64,000 nucleotides of DNA from Candidatus Adlerbacteria bacterium (GTDB lineage: Bacteria > Patescibacteriota > Minisyncoccia > Phycocordibacterales > SBAW01): NCBI GenBank assembly GCA_026397405.1, contig JAPLUW010000001.1, positions 43,138 to 107,137 of the forward strand, written 5' to 3'. A model generated the notes under the pieces. That model was not told the DNA's origin, did not search any database, and saw only the letters and a program-made list of their open reading frames with translations. This document shows, piece by piece, positions 47,980 to 57,272 of the stretch. The translations under genes and the position numbers were made by a program. How positions within the stretch are numbered: position 1 is the first letter of the stretch; every line of letters begins with the position of its first letter.

Positions 47980-48529
47980 AGCCTTCAAATAAATACTCCC
48001 CTTTCTTTACTAGTGTTGTATCGGTCTTTTCGACTTCCGGGACTATTGGGTTTGCGAGGATGTAGGGGTCGTGGCGAATGCCGGTGACTTGCCAGGAGAC
48101 TCGGGCTCCTGGGGTGCCTCCTGCAATAGTAAACTGATTTTTTGTTTTGTCTGCCCCCACTTTCAAATATATATTTGGGTCAGCATGCTCAAGCGGGAAA
48201 AATTGATATCTAAAATCTTTATTGAGCGCGTCGAAATACTCTGGCAGCTGTACTATTACCTCTCCCTTGTCATCCAATGTCGCAATACCATCGTAGATGT
48301 TTTTAACATCGGGCGACTCGACGAACGAGTGGAAGAGCAGTTTGTTAGTAGGGTCCAGTGGATGGTCTATAACAAACGTACCTGAGCCTTTAGAAAGAGC
48401 TCCGGTGATTGCAAGATTTCCCGCAAATTTTACGTTGCCTACCAACTTCACCCCGAACGCAATGGTAGGTACGCACAACAACAGGAATGCGAAGATATGT
48501 TTTGTATATTTGAAATTATTATTTCTCAT
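47969..48529 (-). CDS. Secreted protein, paralog B of the triplicated family.
   Basis: Same conserved domain and identical C-terminal block. Its start overlaps the paralog C stop in the same ATGAGAAATAA junction. Confidence 0.65.
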   Translation of the reverse strand: MRNNNFKYTKHIFAFLLLCVPTIAFGVKLVGNVKFAGNLAITGALSKGSGTFVIDHPLDPTNKLLFHSFVESPDVKNIYDGIATLDDKGEVIVQLPEYFDALNKDFRYQFFPLEHADPNIYLKVGADKTKNQFTIAGGTPGARVSWQVTGIRHDPYILANPIVPEVEKTDTTLVKKGEYLFEGYEK

Positions 48530-49091
48530 ACCCTTCAAATAAATACTCCCCTTTCTTTACTAGTGTTGTATCGGTCTTTTCGACTTCCGGGACTATTGGA
48601 TTGGCGAGGATGTAGGGGTCGTGGCGAATGCCGGTGACTTGCCAGGAGACTCGGGCCAGGGGTACTCCTCCTGATATTTTAAATTGTATCGCACCAAAGA
48701 GGCCAAACCATCGGCGAGCAACTTCTTTTTTCAAAAATAAATTCGGCATAGACGCTCCAATAGGTGTCGCTAGATATCTAACATCTTGATTCAACGCTAG
48801 AAAATAGTCGGGTAGATTGATGGTTGCTTCACCTTTGTCGTCGAGCGTCGCAATACCATCGTAGATGTTTTTAACATCTGGTGACTCAACGAATGAGTGA
48901 AAGAGTAATTTGTTAGCTGGGTCGAGCGGGTCGTCGATAACGAAGGTGCCGGAGCCTTTGGAGAGTGCACCTATGACACTCGCGCTGCCAGTTACAGACA
49001 CAGCTGTGGTAAGGGTAACGGCCTGCGCGCTCGAGATAAGCGCGAAAAACAGCCCCAAACTACCGACAAGTCTGTAGAGAGAAAATCTCAT
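48519..49091 (-). CDS. Secreted protein, paralog C of the triplicated family.
   Basis: Signal peptide MRFSLYRLVGSLGLFFALISSAQA and the same conserved domain and C-terminal block. Confidence 0.65.
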   Translation of the reverse strand: MRFSLYRLVGSLGLFFALISSAQAVTLTTAVSVTGSASVIGALSKGSGTFVIDDPLDPANKLLFHSFVESPDVKNIYDGIATLDDKGEATINLPDYFLALNQDVRYLATPIGASMPNLFLKKEVARRWFGLFGAIQFKISGGVPLARVSWQVTGIRHDPYILANPIVPEVEKTDTTLVKKGEYLFEGYEK

Positions 49092-49156
49092 ATACACAAG
49101 TATATCATGAGCGTTTTGCCACAATTTTATAGGGGAAAATCGAGTATACTTTCCAC

Positions 49157-50629
49157 ATGCAAACGCGCAGAAAAAGTATGCTCGGCGCTATAGCGTTGTT
49201 TCTCTGTGCCGCCGGAATAGCCTTCTACACTACCCACAAGCACCATACCGTAGTAGTCACACGCACGGCAGCGGGGTTTATACCCAAAACTGTACTTATA
49301 CACAGAGGTGATACCGTGCGATTTGTGTCGACTACAGGCGCACCATTTTGGCCCCTGTCGGACCCTCACTCTTCGCAGGGCATTTCTCTCGCCTTTGACC
49401 CTGGGAGGGCACTTACACCAAACGAGCAGTGGTCGTTTACATTTGAACAGGCTGGAGTATGGAATTTCCACGACCGTCTGCTGGCAGAGATGCGCGGTTC
49501 AGTGCTTGTTGAAGGAGAGAAAGACGAGAGTGTAAAAAACTGTCTGTCTTCATCGCAAGATACAACAAAAGGCTATTGTTGGGCTACTGAAATAACAGCA
49601 ACAATAAAACAAGAGGGACTTTCTGCCGGGTTTGACTCCGTGCACGACTACTACGAAACAAGTCTCGAATTTCAAAACCAATGTCACGACGTTATGCATG
49701 TACTGGGGAGCGCCACATACAGCGAGTATAAAAAAACAGGGACACATATTGCACGGCAAGAAACCAGTTACTGCGGCTACGGTTTTTACCATGGGTTTAT
49801 GGAACAGATGCTTGTAGAACTTGGCAGAGATTATCTGCATGAAGCAAATTCCTATTGCATAGGGTTGCTCATCGACCCTGCGCTTCCCTCCCGTGCCGCC
49901 GGACACTCTGCTGCTGCGGCATGCTTCCACGGTATTGGACACGCACTACTTGATTCACTTCCGGCAACTATATGGGGAAACGATAAAGCTATGACAGCCG
50001 AGGCCACAATAGAGTGCGAAGCCGTGACAGACGAGCCACAATGGCGCGTGCGGTGTGTGTCGGGAGTTTTCAATTCCCTCTCTAATGCCGAAGGTTCAAA
50101 AAACTACAGCCTATCATACAGCGTGAGCGACCCAACCGCCCTGTGTCGTACACAAAAAGCCGAATACCAACAATCGTGCTACAACGAACTGGCTATAGGC
50201 TACACACATTACGCAAACTACAGCGACACCGAGGCACTTTCGTTAATTGCACATTTGCCCGGGGACGCAAAATACTGGAGCCTTATGGCATATTTTGACG
50301 ACACCGTACGACACAACTTGCAAGACAAAACACTGGCACAACTGTACGAAGAGACTGTGGCATTCCCAGAAGAAAAAGAGCGGGAGGCAGTTATTGACGG
50401 TGTAGCAAACGCACTCTCATCTGGAGGCAAACCGGGTGGAGAATATCTACAAATGCTTACCTATTGTTCCCTCTTTCCAATATCTAATGCACGGACGCAT
50501 TGTTACAGGCGCACGATAGACACATTGAGTGCACTGTATAGCAACACCGCCCTGAGTGCTATATGCAAGACTATCCCTGTTGGCGACCAAGCGGTATGCA
50601 CTTCTTCGCTTAGAACAAAAAATTTATAG
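49157..50629 (+). CDS. Member 4 of the Cys-rich C-x-HG-x-GH family, with an N-terminal degenerate cupredoxin-like domain.
   Basis: N-terminal TM. GDTVRFVSTTGAPFWPLSDPH...WSFTFEQAGVWNFHDRLLAEMRGSVLVE (cupredoxin pattern without the Cys ligand). CHDVMHVLG and CFHGIGHAL. Confidence 0.62.
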   Translation: MQTRRKSMLGAIALFLCAAGIAFYTTHKHHTVVVTRTAAGFIPKTVLIHRGDTVRFVSTTGAPFWPLSDPHSSQGISLAFDPGRALTPNEQWSFTFEQAGVWNFHDRLLAEMRGSVLVEGEKDESVKNCLSSSQDTTKGYCWATEITATIKQEGLSAGFDSVHDYYETSLEFQNQCHDVMHVLGSATYSEYKKTGTHIARQETSYCGYGFYHGFMEQMLVELGRDYLHEANSYCIGLLIDPALPSRAAGHSAAAACFHGIGHALLDSLPATIWGNDKAMTAEATIECEAVTDEPQWRVRCVSGVFNSLSNAEGSKNYSLSYSVSDPTALCRTQKAEYQQSCYNELAIGYTHYANYSDTEALSLIAHLPGDAKYWSLMAYFDDTVRHNLQDKTLAQLYEETVAFPEEKEREAVIDGVANALSSGGKPGGEYLQMLTYCSLFPISNARTHCYRRTIDTLSALYSNTALSAICKTIPVGDQAVCTSSLRTKNL

Positions 50630-50633
50630 CTGT

Positions 50634-51518
50634 ATGCAGCGTATACTAAAAATATTCTTGTTCCTTGGAGGAGTGCTAGTAGTTTTTTTTCTCTACCATA
50701 CACTACACTCACCTACTGTAGTTGAAAATGCGAGAGTGAAGTATTGGGAGAGGCGTATACATTCCATAGGTGCCACTGGGGCTTACAATGAACTCCTATC
50801 GAGCACTACTGAACATTTTGAAGGTCACTATTTTGGCACTGCGCTGTATCAAGAACAAGGAATTTCTGGAATGACTGTGTGCGATGACAAACTACAGTAT
50901 GCATGTTTACATGAAATGTACGGCCGCGCACTTGCGGAATATGGTCTCTCTATAATAAAAAAGCTTGATACCGTATGCACGGAGAGCGCAGACCCTCTTG
51001 TGTGCGAACATGGGATAGGACACGGTCTGGTGGGATATTTTGGATACACCAAAACCTCAGCACTACAAAGTGTAGCCGCGTGCAAAAGTATTTCTGAACA
51101 TGGGGATGTGGTGGGAGCCTGCGAGTCTGGTTTGTTTATGGAATATTTTAATCGGACTATGCTTCCAGGCACGGAACCCTTTCCTGTATCAGAGGCGGCG
51201 CTGTATGCACCATGCGAGGAACTTGCACTTGGGGAACATGACATGCCGCAATGCGTATTTGAATTTCCTCGTCTGTGGTTTTTGTCACTATTTAAGAACG
51301 AAAGAACCCCTGAACATTTGAAGCAGCTCGGCCTGTATTGCCAGAAATATGACTCTATCCCCGCCCTACGCACAGTGTGTGCGCGCGGAGCAGCCGAAAT
51401 AGTTGTACACGCACAAACTCTAGAGGAATCAAAAAAAATCTGCAGCCAAATATTTACAGATATAGACAAAAAAAATCTCTGCGAGCTCCAAGTAGAAAGA
51501 TTGTTTAATCTCCAATGA
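50634..51518 (+). CDS. Member 5 of the Cys-rich C-x-HG-x-GH family.
   Basis: N-terminal TM. CLHEMYGRALAEYG and CEHGIGHGLVGY, then C.SGLFMEY. Confidence 0.6.
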   Translation: MQRILKIFLFLGGVLVVFFLYHTLHSPTVVENARVKYWERRIHSIGATGAYNELLSSTTEHFEGHYFGTALYQEQGISGMTVCDDKLQYACLHEMYGRALAEYGLSIIKKLDTVCTESADPLVCEHGIGHGLVGYFGYTKTSALQSVAACKSISEHGDVVGACESGLFMEYFNRTMLPGTEPFPVSEAALYAPCEELALGEHDMPQCVFEFPRLWFLSLFKNERTPEHLKQLGLYCQKYDSIPALRTVCARGAAEIVVHAQTLEESKKICSQIFTDIDKKNLCELQVERLFNLQ

Positions 51519-52756
51519 ACACAAAAAAACGCCTGCGGCACATATTCTGGGTAGCACTACTTACAGTAATTTTTGGTGTTGGAATATATTTTTTTAGCCA
51601 ACAGTCCTTCGTATACCATGCGACCGTATGTGACTACTCTCATACCTCTGCGCCGGACAAAATTGAATGTTGGTATGGACTGCTCGATACATCTCTCGCA
51701 ACAGGAGGTGCAGCAAACATGCTCCACGACTACGCATACTTATATAGTCATTACCCCAATATATTAGTTCCCGAAAATTGCCATGCCGACGCCCATTGGA
51801 TGGGAGACCAGATGTACTCTGCACTACTCCACAGTGGAGAGAGTCTGGAAACAGTCGACTTCCCCGAGACCGCGAATGTTTGTACGTTTGGTGTTCCTCA
51901 CGGTTTTTTCATGCACTTGTTTGCAGACCATCCAAACGCACCATTTGTAACTGCAACATGTAGTAGTTTTGAAACACGTTTCTCGAATATATTTCCAACA
52001 ATAAACGTACAGTGTTACCACGCTGCCGGGCATGGGTTTGTCCTTGCGCATGCACACGACACATCCAAGGACGCACACCAGCTTGCAGCAGATACGCTCG
52101 GGCAATGCGACACTCTGCCCAACACACTGACAGACATAGAACGTCAGACATGCTACCGGGGTGTATTTACGGCCTTACTTGAATGGGCTGCCCAAAAACA
52201 ACACGGCCTTTCCTTTGACAAGTTGCACCCGTTTGCACTCTGCACAACGCTCACCAACTCATGGAAGCGCATGTGTTACGCAGGCGTTGCCGACCGGTTT
52301 TTTAGAGAAGCTAGTCTTACGGTACCTTCCCTTATAGAACACATTGCCCAGGTAGAAGATCCCTCACTGCGCGTCCAGGCGTTTCGACCGGCAATGCGAG
52401 TACTTATTTTGCGAGCCATGCCGCACAACTCTTACCTGTCTCTTATACCTGCATGCGCAACTGTCTCAAAAGAGTTATTTGTTGCGTGTATTACTATATT
52501 CCCGAGCGCACTTTTTACCGGAGGTTTTCCAGAGCAAGAATATCCAAAAGCACTTGCCTTGTGTGCGTCAAACCAAATACACGCACTGGACGCTGAAAAA
52601 CTTTGTTATCTTTCTGTAGCAAAACAGCTAGCCCTCTTTTACCCACCAGAAAAACTACAGGCCTTCACTGACCCTCACGTACAGCAAGCAATTGCACAGC
52701 TGACAGAGGCGGGGAAATTAACCACGACCGAATTAGACTTGCCCAACATCCACTAA
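51515..52756 (+). CDS. Member 6 of the Cys-rich C-x-HG-x-GH family (divergent: CYHAAGHGF).
   Basis: N-terminal TM. CHADAHWMGDQMY and CYHAAGHGFV, then C.RGVF. 4-bp ATGA overlap with the previous gene. Confidence 0.58.
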   Translation: MNTKKRLRHIFWVALLTVIFGVGIYFFSQQSFVYHATVCDYSHTSAPDKIECWYGLLDTSLATGGAANMLHDYAYLYSHYPNILVPENCHADAHWMGDQMYSALLHSGESLETVDFPETANVCTFGVPHGFFMHLFADHPNAPFVTATCSSFETRFSNIFPTINVQCYHAAGHGFVLAHAHDTSKDAHQLAADTLGQCDTLPNTLTDIERQTCYRGVFTALLEWAAQKQHGLSFDKLHPFALCTTLTNSWKRMCYAGVADRFFREASLTVPSLIEHIAQVEDPSLRVQAFRPAMRVLILRAMPHNSYLSLIPACATVSKELFVACITIFPSALFTGGFPEQEYPKALALCASNQIHALDAEKLCYLSVAKQLALFYPPEKLQAFTDPHVQQAIAQLTEAGKLTTTELDLPNIH

Positions 52757-52766
52757 CTACAGAATG

Positions 52767-54227
52767 TTATTTAGCCTTCACCGCAGCCAAAAGATCGCTT
52801 GCTTCGGTATAGGTCGGTCGCAGCGCCAGGGCTGCTTGTAGTGTGTCTCCGGCCTGCTGCTTTTGACCAGCTAATATATAAAGTTGCGCTTGGAAAAATA
52901 GTACGGAGGGATCGTTGGGCGACTCTGCGTGCGCGCGTTCGAATGCCGCCTTACTTTCGTAAAATACGTCTTCGCTTGGCGCAAGCGACATTTCTTCAGC
53001 AAGAGTGATACCGAGTAATTTCCAACTTTGTGCATTCGCGCCCTCGGTTACTGTTGCTGCACGTGCATAGATGCTTGCACGATGAAACAGCTGCCCCACC
53101 TGCGTCTGCGACGCAGCCGCATTACCCAGTGCATGACCACTTGAGCGGAGTATCTGTGCGAGCAAGCGGTCAGTTTGTCCTGTAGGCGAAAGTGCATAGG
53201 CATATTCCCCCGCACTGCGTGCGTGCAAAAGGTCCTGCTGCTGCATGCTTGCATATGCGTAAAAATAAAATGCTGCTGAAAGTCCGAGATACAAAACACC
53301 AACAGTAAGTACCGCTATAACTCCAAAAAGTATGGTTCGTAGCAAAGGACGTACACGAAGACCGATAGAATCTTCATATCTACACGAACCAAACGCGACT
53401 GCCACTGCAAGCAAAAGCGGCGCTGAAGGTTCAGCATAGACGAGCAGTGCGAGAGCAAAAAAAATAACGGCGACTGAAGCGAGCACAACCACACGACGAC
53501 GCATTGTATATGTCCGTGTAATGACCTGCAAAAATTCTTCAGCAACAGCTGAAAAAAAACTAAGGGTAAACAATAGCACCGCTATAGCCCCACATTCTAC
53601 GAGCAACGTGGGGAGCAGGCCGCTGCCGACGGAAAAATCTTCGTTCCAAAAAGGGGTGGCGAGCACTTCCCCTGGGCGATATTTTTGCCACGCATAAGTA
53701 AACGCGCTCGGCCCTATGCCGGCTACAAGTACTTTGCCACCGAGGTCCGTGTACGCCGCTGACTCTACCCGTAGTGTTGTTGTAAGTGACGGTCGCACAA
53801 GCTGCTCGGTGCGCAGATACGGATACACCAAAAGACCTACAAGCACACAGGTTGATGCGATAAAAAGACCCTGACGCACCACGCGCGAAAAGCCACCTAC
53901 GAATAACGCAAGGATACACATAAGGACTATAAAGCCCCCCGACGTCATGTCGAGTGCAAAGCCAAAGAATGCATGCAAAAAATTTCCAGAAAAAATCGTA
54001 GTACACAATACTACAAACACAAATGCGACAAGCAGCCACTGCGAAGGCTTCCACTCCTTGGGGTGCGGGACACCCGCGTAGAGTATAGACAAACCACACA
54101 GGTACAAGGCACATAGACTTGCCCCAATTGACGCCATCGTGTCTGCATAGGTCTGTCCGATACCTACATAGAGAAGGAATACAGCAATCACACTTATGGC
54201 AGGAACATACAAGCGGAATGCACGCAT
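52767..54227 (-). CDS. Polytopic membrane protein with a C-terminal TPR-like region (possible O-antigen-ligase/Wzy-like protein).
   Basis: About 10-12 predicted TM helices followed by a soluble C-terminus with TPR-like helical repeats (LFFQAQLYILAGQKQQAGDTLQAALALRP). Confidence 0.4.
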   Translation of the reverse strand: MRAFRLYVPAISVIAVFLLYVGIGQTYADTMASIGASLCALYLCGLSILYAGVPHPKEWKPSQWLLVAFVFVVLCTTIFSGNFLHAFFGFALDMTSGGFIVLMCILALFVGGFSRVVRQGLFIASTCVLVGLLVYPYLRTEQLVRPSLTTTLRVESAAYTDLGGKVLVAGIGPSAFTYAWQKYRPGEVLATPFWNEDFSVGSGLLPTLLVECGAIAVLLFTLSFFSAVAEEFLQVITRTYTMRRRVVVLASVAVIFFALALLVYAEPSAPLLLAVAVAFGSCRYEDSIGLRVRPLLRTILFGVIAVLTVGVLYLGLSAAFYFYAYASMQQQDLLHARSAGEYAYALSPTGQTDRLLAQILRSSGHALGNAAASQTQVGQLFHRASIYARAATVTEGANAQSWKLLGITLAEEMSLAPSEDVFYESKAAFERAHAESPNDPSVLFFQAQLYILAGQKQQAGDTLQAALALRPTYTEASDLLAAVKAK

Positions 54228-54252
54228 AGAGTTCTAGTATACTGCACAGTAT

Positions 54253-54690
54253 ATGAGAGCACTGGCCGCACTAACCCTAGTCCTGGGTATTACACTTGGG
54301 GTGTGTGCAGGAATATATATATGGCCGGTAGTGTCACCAAAACAGGTAGGCGGCTCGTGGGCCCTTGCATCTCCACACAGCGCAACGCTGCCCTACCCTT
54401 TGTCACTTCAAGGAACAATTACTGACGTTGGACCAGAAACGTTTCTTTTGAATATACCGACAGAGGGTGACTCAGCCAAAAAAAAGGTCCGCATACGGTA
54501 CGACGTTGACACGCGCGTACTAGTACGAGACCCGCAAAAAACACCGGGCGGAGTTATCAGTAGCTCTCGACTTCTTGTAGCTCCAAAGGAACATAGTATT
54601 ATTGACGGAGAAAAAGTCCGCGCAGACATATGGATTACTGGAGACGCGTCGGTGCCATATGCACTTATACTATTACAGTCGTCGTTTTAA
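54253..54690 (+). CDS. Small membrane-anchored hypothetical protein.
   Basis: N-terminal TM (ALAALTLVLGITLGVCAGIYIW), 145 aa. Confidence 0.45.
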   Translation: MRALAALTLVLGITLGVCAGIYIWPVVSPKQVGGSWALASPHSATLPYPLSLQGTITDVGPETFLLNIPTEGDSAKKKVRIRYDVDTRVLVRDPQKTPGGVISSSRLLVAPKEHSIIDGEKVRADIWITGDASVPYALILLQSSF

Positions 54691-54694
54691 CCTC

Positions 54695-55150
54695 ATGAAT
54701 ACAAAAGACTCACTAACCATGCCTCTTCTTTTTATCTGCGCATTCTTGCTTGCAGGAAGCTGTGTGGTAAATATGCTGCAATTTCAACAAGCTCAAAACC
54801 TGTCTGTAAAAAAAGCGCAAACGAACCTCCTTCTTAAAATTCCTGATGTGCAGAGAATCGCAACAATAGTAAAAAATAACTTTGACGAACGGTGGGTGCG
54901 TATCTCATATACAGATGGAGAGGGGCAGACCGAACAACTACAAGCATGGGTTACTTCTGCAACTGTCATACAACGTACGCAAGCAGGAGCAGTATCAGGA
55001 GTGACTGAACGTGCCTCCGTAGAAGACATCGACCAGAAAGATCTCCGCGTAGGTGAACCTATCTATATAATTATGCGCAATTCGTCCGACCAACAACGTC
55101 TGGAAGCAAGTCGTATTACTGTCGGCGACCTGCTCCCTGTTTCTCTATAG
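54695..55150 (+). CDS. Small membrane-anchored hypothetical protein, possibly paralogous to the preceding gene.
   Basis: ATG at 54695 lies 4 nt after the previous stop. N-terminal TM (MPLLFICAFLLAGSCVV). Confidence 0.45.
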   Translation: MNTKDSLTMPLLFICAFLLAGSCVVNMLQFQQAQNLSVKKAQTNLLLKIPDVQRIATIVKNNFDERWVRISYTDGEGQTEQLQAWVTSATVIQRTQAGAVSGVTERASVEDIDQKDLRVGEPIYIIMRNSSDQQRLEASRITVGDLLPVSL

Positions 55151-55699
55151 AGAAAACATAGGTGCCAACCACCCGCGGCGGCGTTCGTGTTTGAGCCATC
55201 GATAGTCCCAGTGCCACGCACCGCTTCCTTCCCTGCTCAGTATTAAAAAGTATCGGTACCCGCCGTCGTGACACATAACAGTACCCGGAACTTCAAACCA
55301 GGTGATGCCGTGGTTGTCGTAGAGCCAGCGCAATGTTTTTTGACCTTCTTCCAAAAACAATCCTATTCCAAATGCAAAGTCAGGGCGCACGTCGGGGAAC
55401 ACTTTTAAGCGTTCTAGTTTCTGCTCGCCATCGATAGAGTCTTCGCCATCTTTAAAACCATGAACAAATTTCATGCGGCTAAAATCAAAAGCGTTCATTG
55501 CAGTTGCTCGAGCGTCTTGGTCTTCTTCGCCCTCAAGCCCTTCCCCATTCTTCGGACCTTTCCACACAGTCCATTCGTCACCAAGAAGGTCAGTTACGGT
55601 CGGAAGCTTCGTGCGATCAACTCTAAACACAGGACCTTCCGTTATAACAACTACAGGGTCTGTGGCGGTCAACTCGTCATGATGAGATACATGGTCCAT
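55145..55699 (-). CDS. Hypothetical cytoplasmic protein (184 aa).
   Basis: Continuous ORF between two plausible genes. Acidic middle (EGLEGEEDQD). No recognisable domain. Confidence 0.4.
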   Translation of the reverse strand: MDHVSHHDELTATDPVVVITEGPVFRVDRTKLPTVTDLLGDEWTVWKGPKNGEGLEGEEDQDARATAMNAFDFSRMKFVHGFKDGEDSIDGEQKLERLKVFPDVRPDFAFGIGLFLEEGQKTLRWLYDNHGITWFEVPGTVMCHDGGYRYFLILSREGSGAWHWDYRWLKHERRRGWLAPMFSL

Positions 55700-55721
55700 A
55701 TGTACCTATTGTACTCATGCC

Positions 55722-57272
55722 CTACTGTGGTGTACAGAGTTTGTCCGTTCCGGGGATGTCCGCCACTAATGCACATGCAGCGGCACGGGCTACTTCGCCA
55801 TAGTTATTTATAAGCGTCGTAACAAGCGTGTTGGCACAGAGCGTTTTTTCACCTGACGTGAGTGTACGTACGTGACACAACTCCGCGCCTCGCGCACCTT
55901 CAGTTCCCGGCGCGCCGTTAAAGACAACTCCGCGCAGAAGGCCAGCAATACAATATGAATGGAGCGTTGTATCAACAACAGAGGCACACAACCCTATAAG
56001 TTTTTTATTCGACATGTCGACATTGTTTGCGGCCGAAACAAACGCAACACTTGTTATTGCAGAAAACATGTACGTCCCATCTAACCACGTGCGCGCAGCA
56101 CTCATAACCGACTGAAGTGAGGTGTCAGTATTGTGGTTAGCAATAACAAGTGTTTCTTTTGCCATTTCCCATACACATGCATCCTTCTGCCATGTTTCCT
56201 GCAAAGGTGCGCACAACGCAAATGGGTGGTCGAGCGAAAAAACATCTGTATAGACAGTCTGTAGATTTTGAACATTGACCCATGCTTTAAATACGTCGAA
56301 CGCGCCGTCGGCACAGCGGAACTTCCCTTCTGGGGAAGGCATCGCGGCACACTCGGCAACTCCCATGTTCAGAAGAGTCTGTAGGTTCCTACTGTTGTTA
56401 CTCAAGTCTGGTCGTGTTGTAAGGAGATATTCCATGACACTGTGCCCAATGCCGTGCATACACTGCAGACCTGCGACAGTTTTTTCGCCAACGCGCTTGG
56501 CTTCCGCCGTACAAAATGCAAGTGCAGGCTGTATGTCACCATGCCTTTCCATAAGAAAACTTTCAAGATAGCCGTGATAAAACCCTTGGCCGCAATACAT
56601 AGTGTTAGCCGCGGGAAGATGGTCGCCATATTTTTTATACGCCATAAGTCCCAAGTCGTGTAAAAACGAATGGCACTCTGGGCGGAACTCCGGATACTTT
56701 TCATATACAGAGGCAACCTCATCCATCGCGCCACTCAAACCTTTTTTATCGAGCGCAAGCAAAATGTGCTGGCGGTAACATGCTGCACGGCCACTTTGTT
56801 CAGGTTCATCACAGACCCCAAGCACATCATATATTGCTTCTCCTTTTGCTCCTGGCGGGACAACAATAATTACACCGATGTCGAGCCCTATGTGGTCGTG
56901 AAAGCTCCAGTGTCCATCTTTATCAAATGTAAAACTCCAGGCACTTGTTGCCCCAACGGGTCCTTTAGAATCAAATGCCGAATATATAGTATGGAACGGG
57001 TGCAAGTCCGACGCAGGCCAAAAAGAGTTTCCTGCTGTTGTACGAAATACAACTGTTGTATTGCGGCTGATATAGATTTCTGACGGAACAAAACCGTTTT
57101 TTGTGAGAGTAATTGTTACCGTGCTCTTTCCCGTCAAGTCGAGCGGACCCCGATGCATATAGGTGTATATGCCGTATATACACAAGCCAGAGACCACCAT
57201 TAAACACACAAAAAATATCGCGTACTTCGAGCGCATGCAGTCCAGTGTAGCGCATGCTATCCTCTTACGCAT
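55722..57272 (-). CDS. Member 7 of the Cys-rich C-x-HG-x-GH family, with an N-terminal degenerate cupredoxin-like domain.
   Basis: N-terminal TM. TVTITLTKNGFVPSEIYISRNTTVVFRTTAGNSFWPASDLHPFH...WSFTFDKDGHWSFHDHIGLDIGVIIVV. CHSFLHDLG and CMHGIGHSVMEY. Confidence 0.62.
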   Translation of the reverse strand: MRKRIACATLDCMRSKYAIFFVCLMVVSGLCIYGIYTYMHRGPLDLTGKSTVTITLTKNGFVPSEIYISRNTTVVFRTTAGNSFWPASDLHPFHTIYSAFDSKGPVGATSAWSFTFDKDGHWSFHDHIGLDIGVIIVVPPGAKGEAIYDVLGVCDEPEQSGRAACYRQHILLALDKKGLSGAMDEVASVYEKYPEFRPECHSFLHDLGLMAYKKYGDHLPAANTMYCGQGFYHGYLESFLMERHGDIQPALAFCTAEAKRVGEKTVAGLQCMHGIGHSVMEYLLTTRPDLSNNSRNLQTLLNMGVAECAAMPSPEGKFRCADGAFDVFKAWVNVQNLQTVYTDVFSLDHPFALCAPLQETWQKDACVWEMAKETLVIANHNTDTSLQSVMSAARTWLDGTYMFSAITSVAFVSAANNVDMSNKKLIGLCASVVDTTLHSYCIAGLLRGVVFNGAPGTEGARGAELCHVRTLTSGEKTLCANTLVTTLINNYGEVARAAACALVADIPGTDKLCTPQ

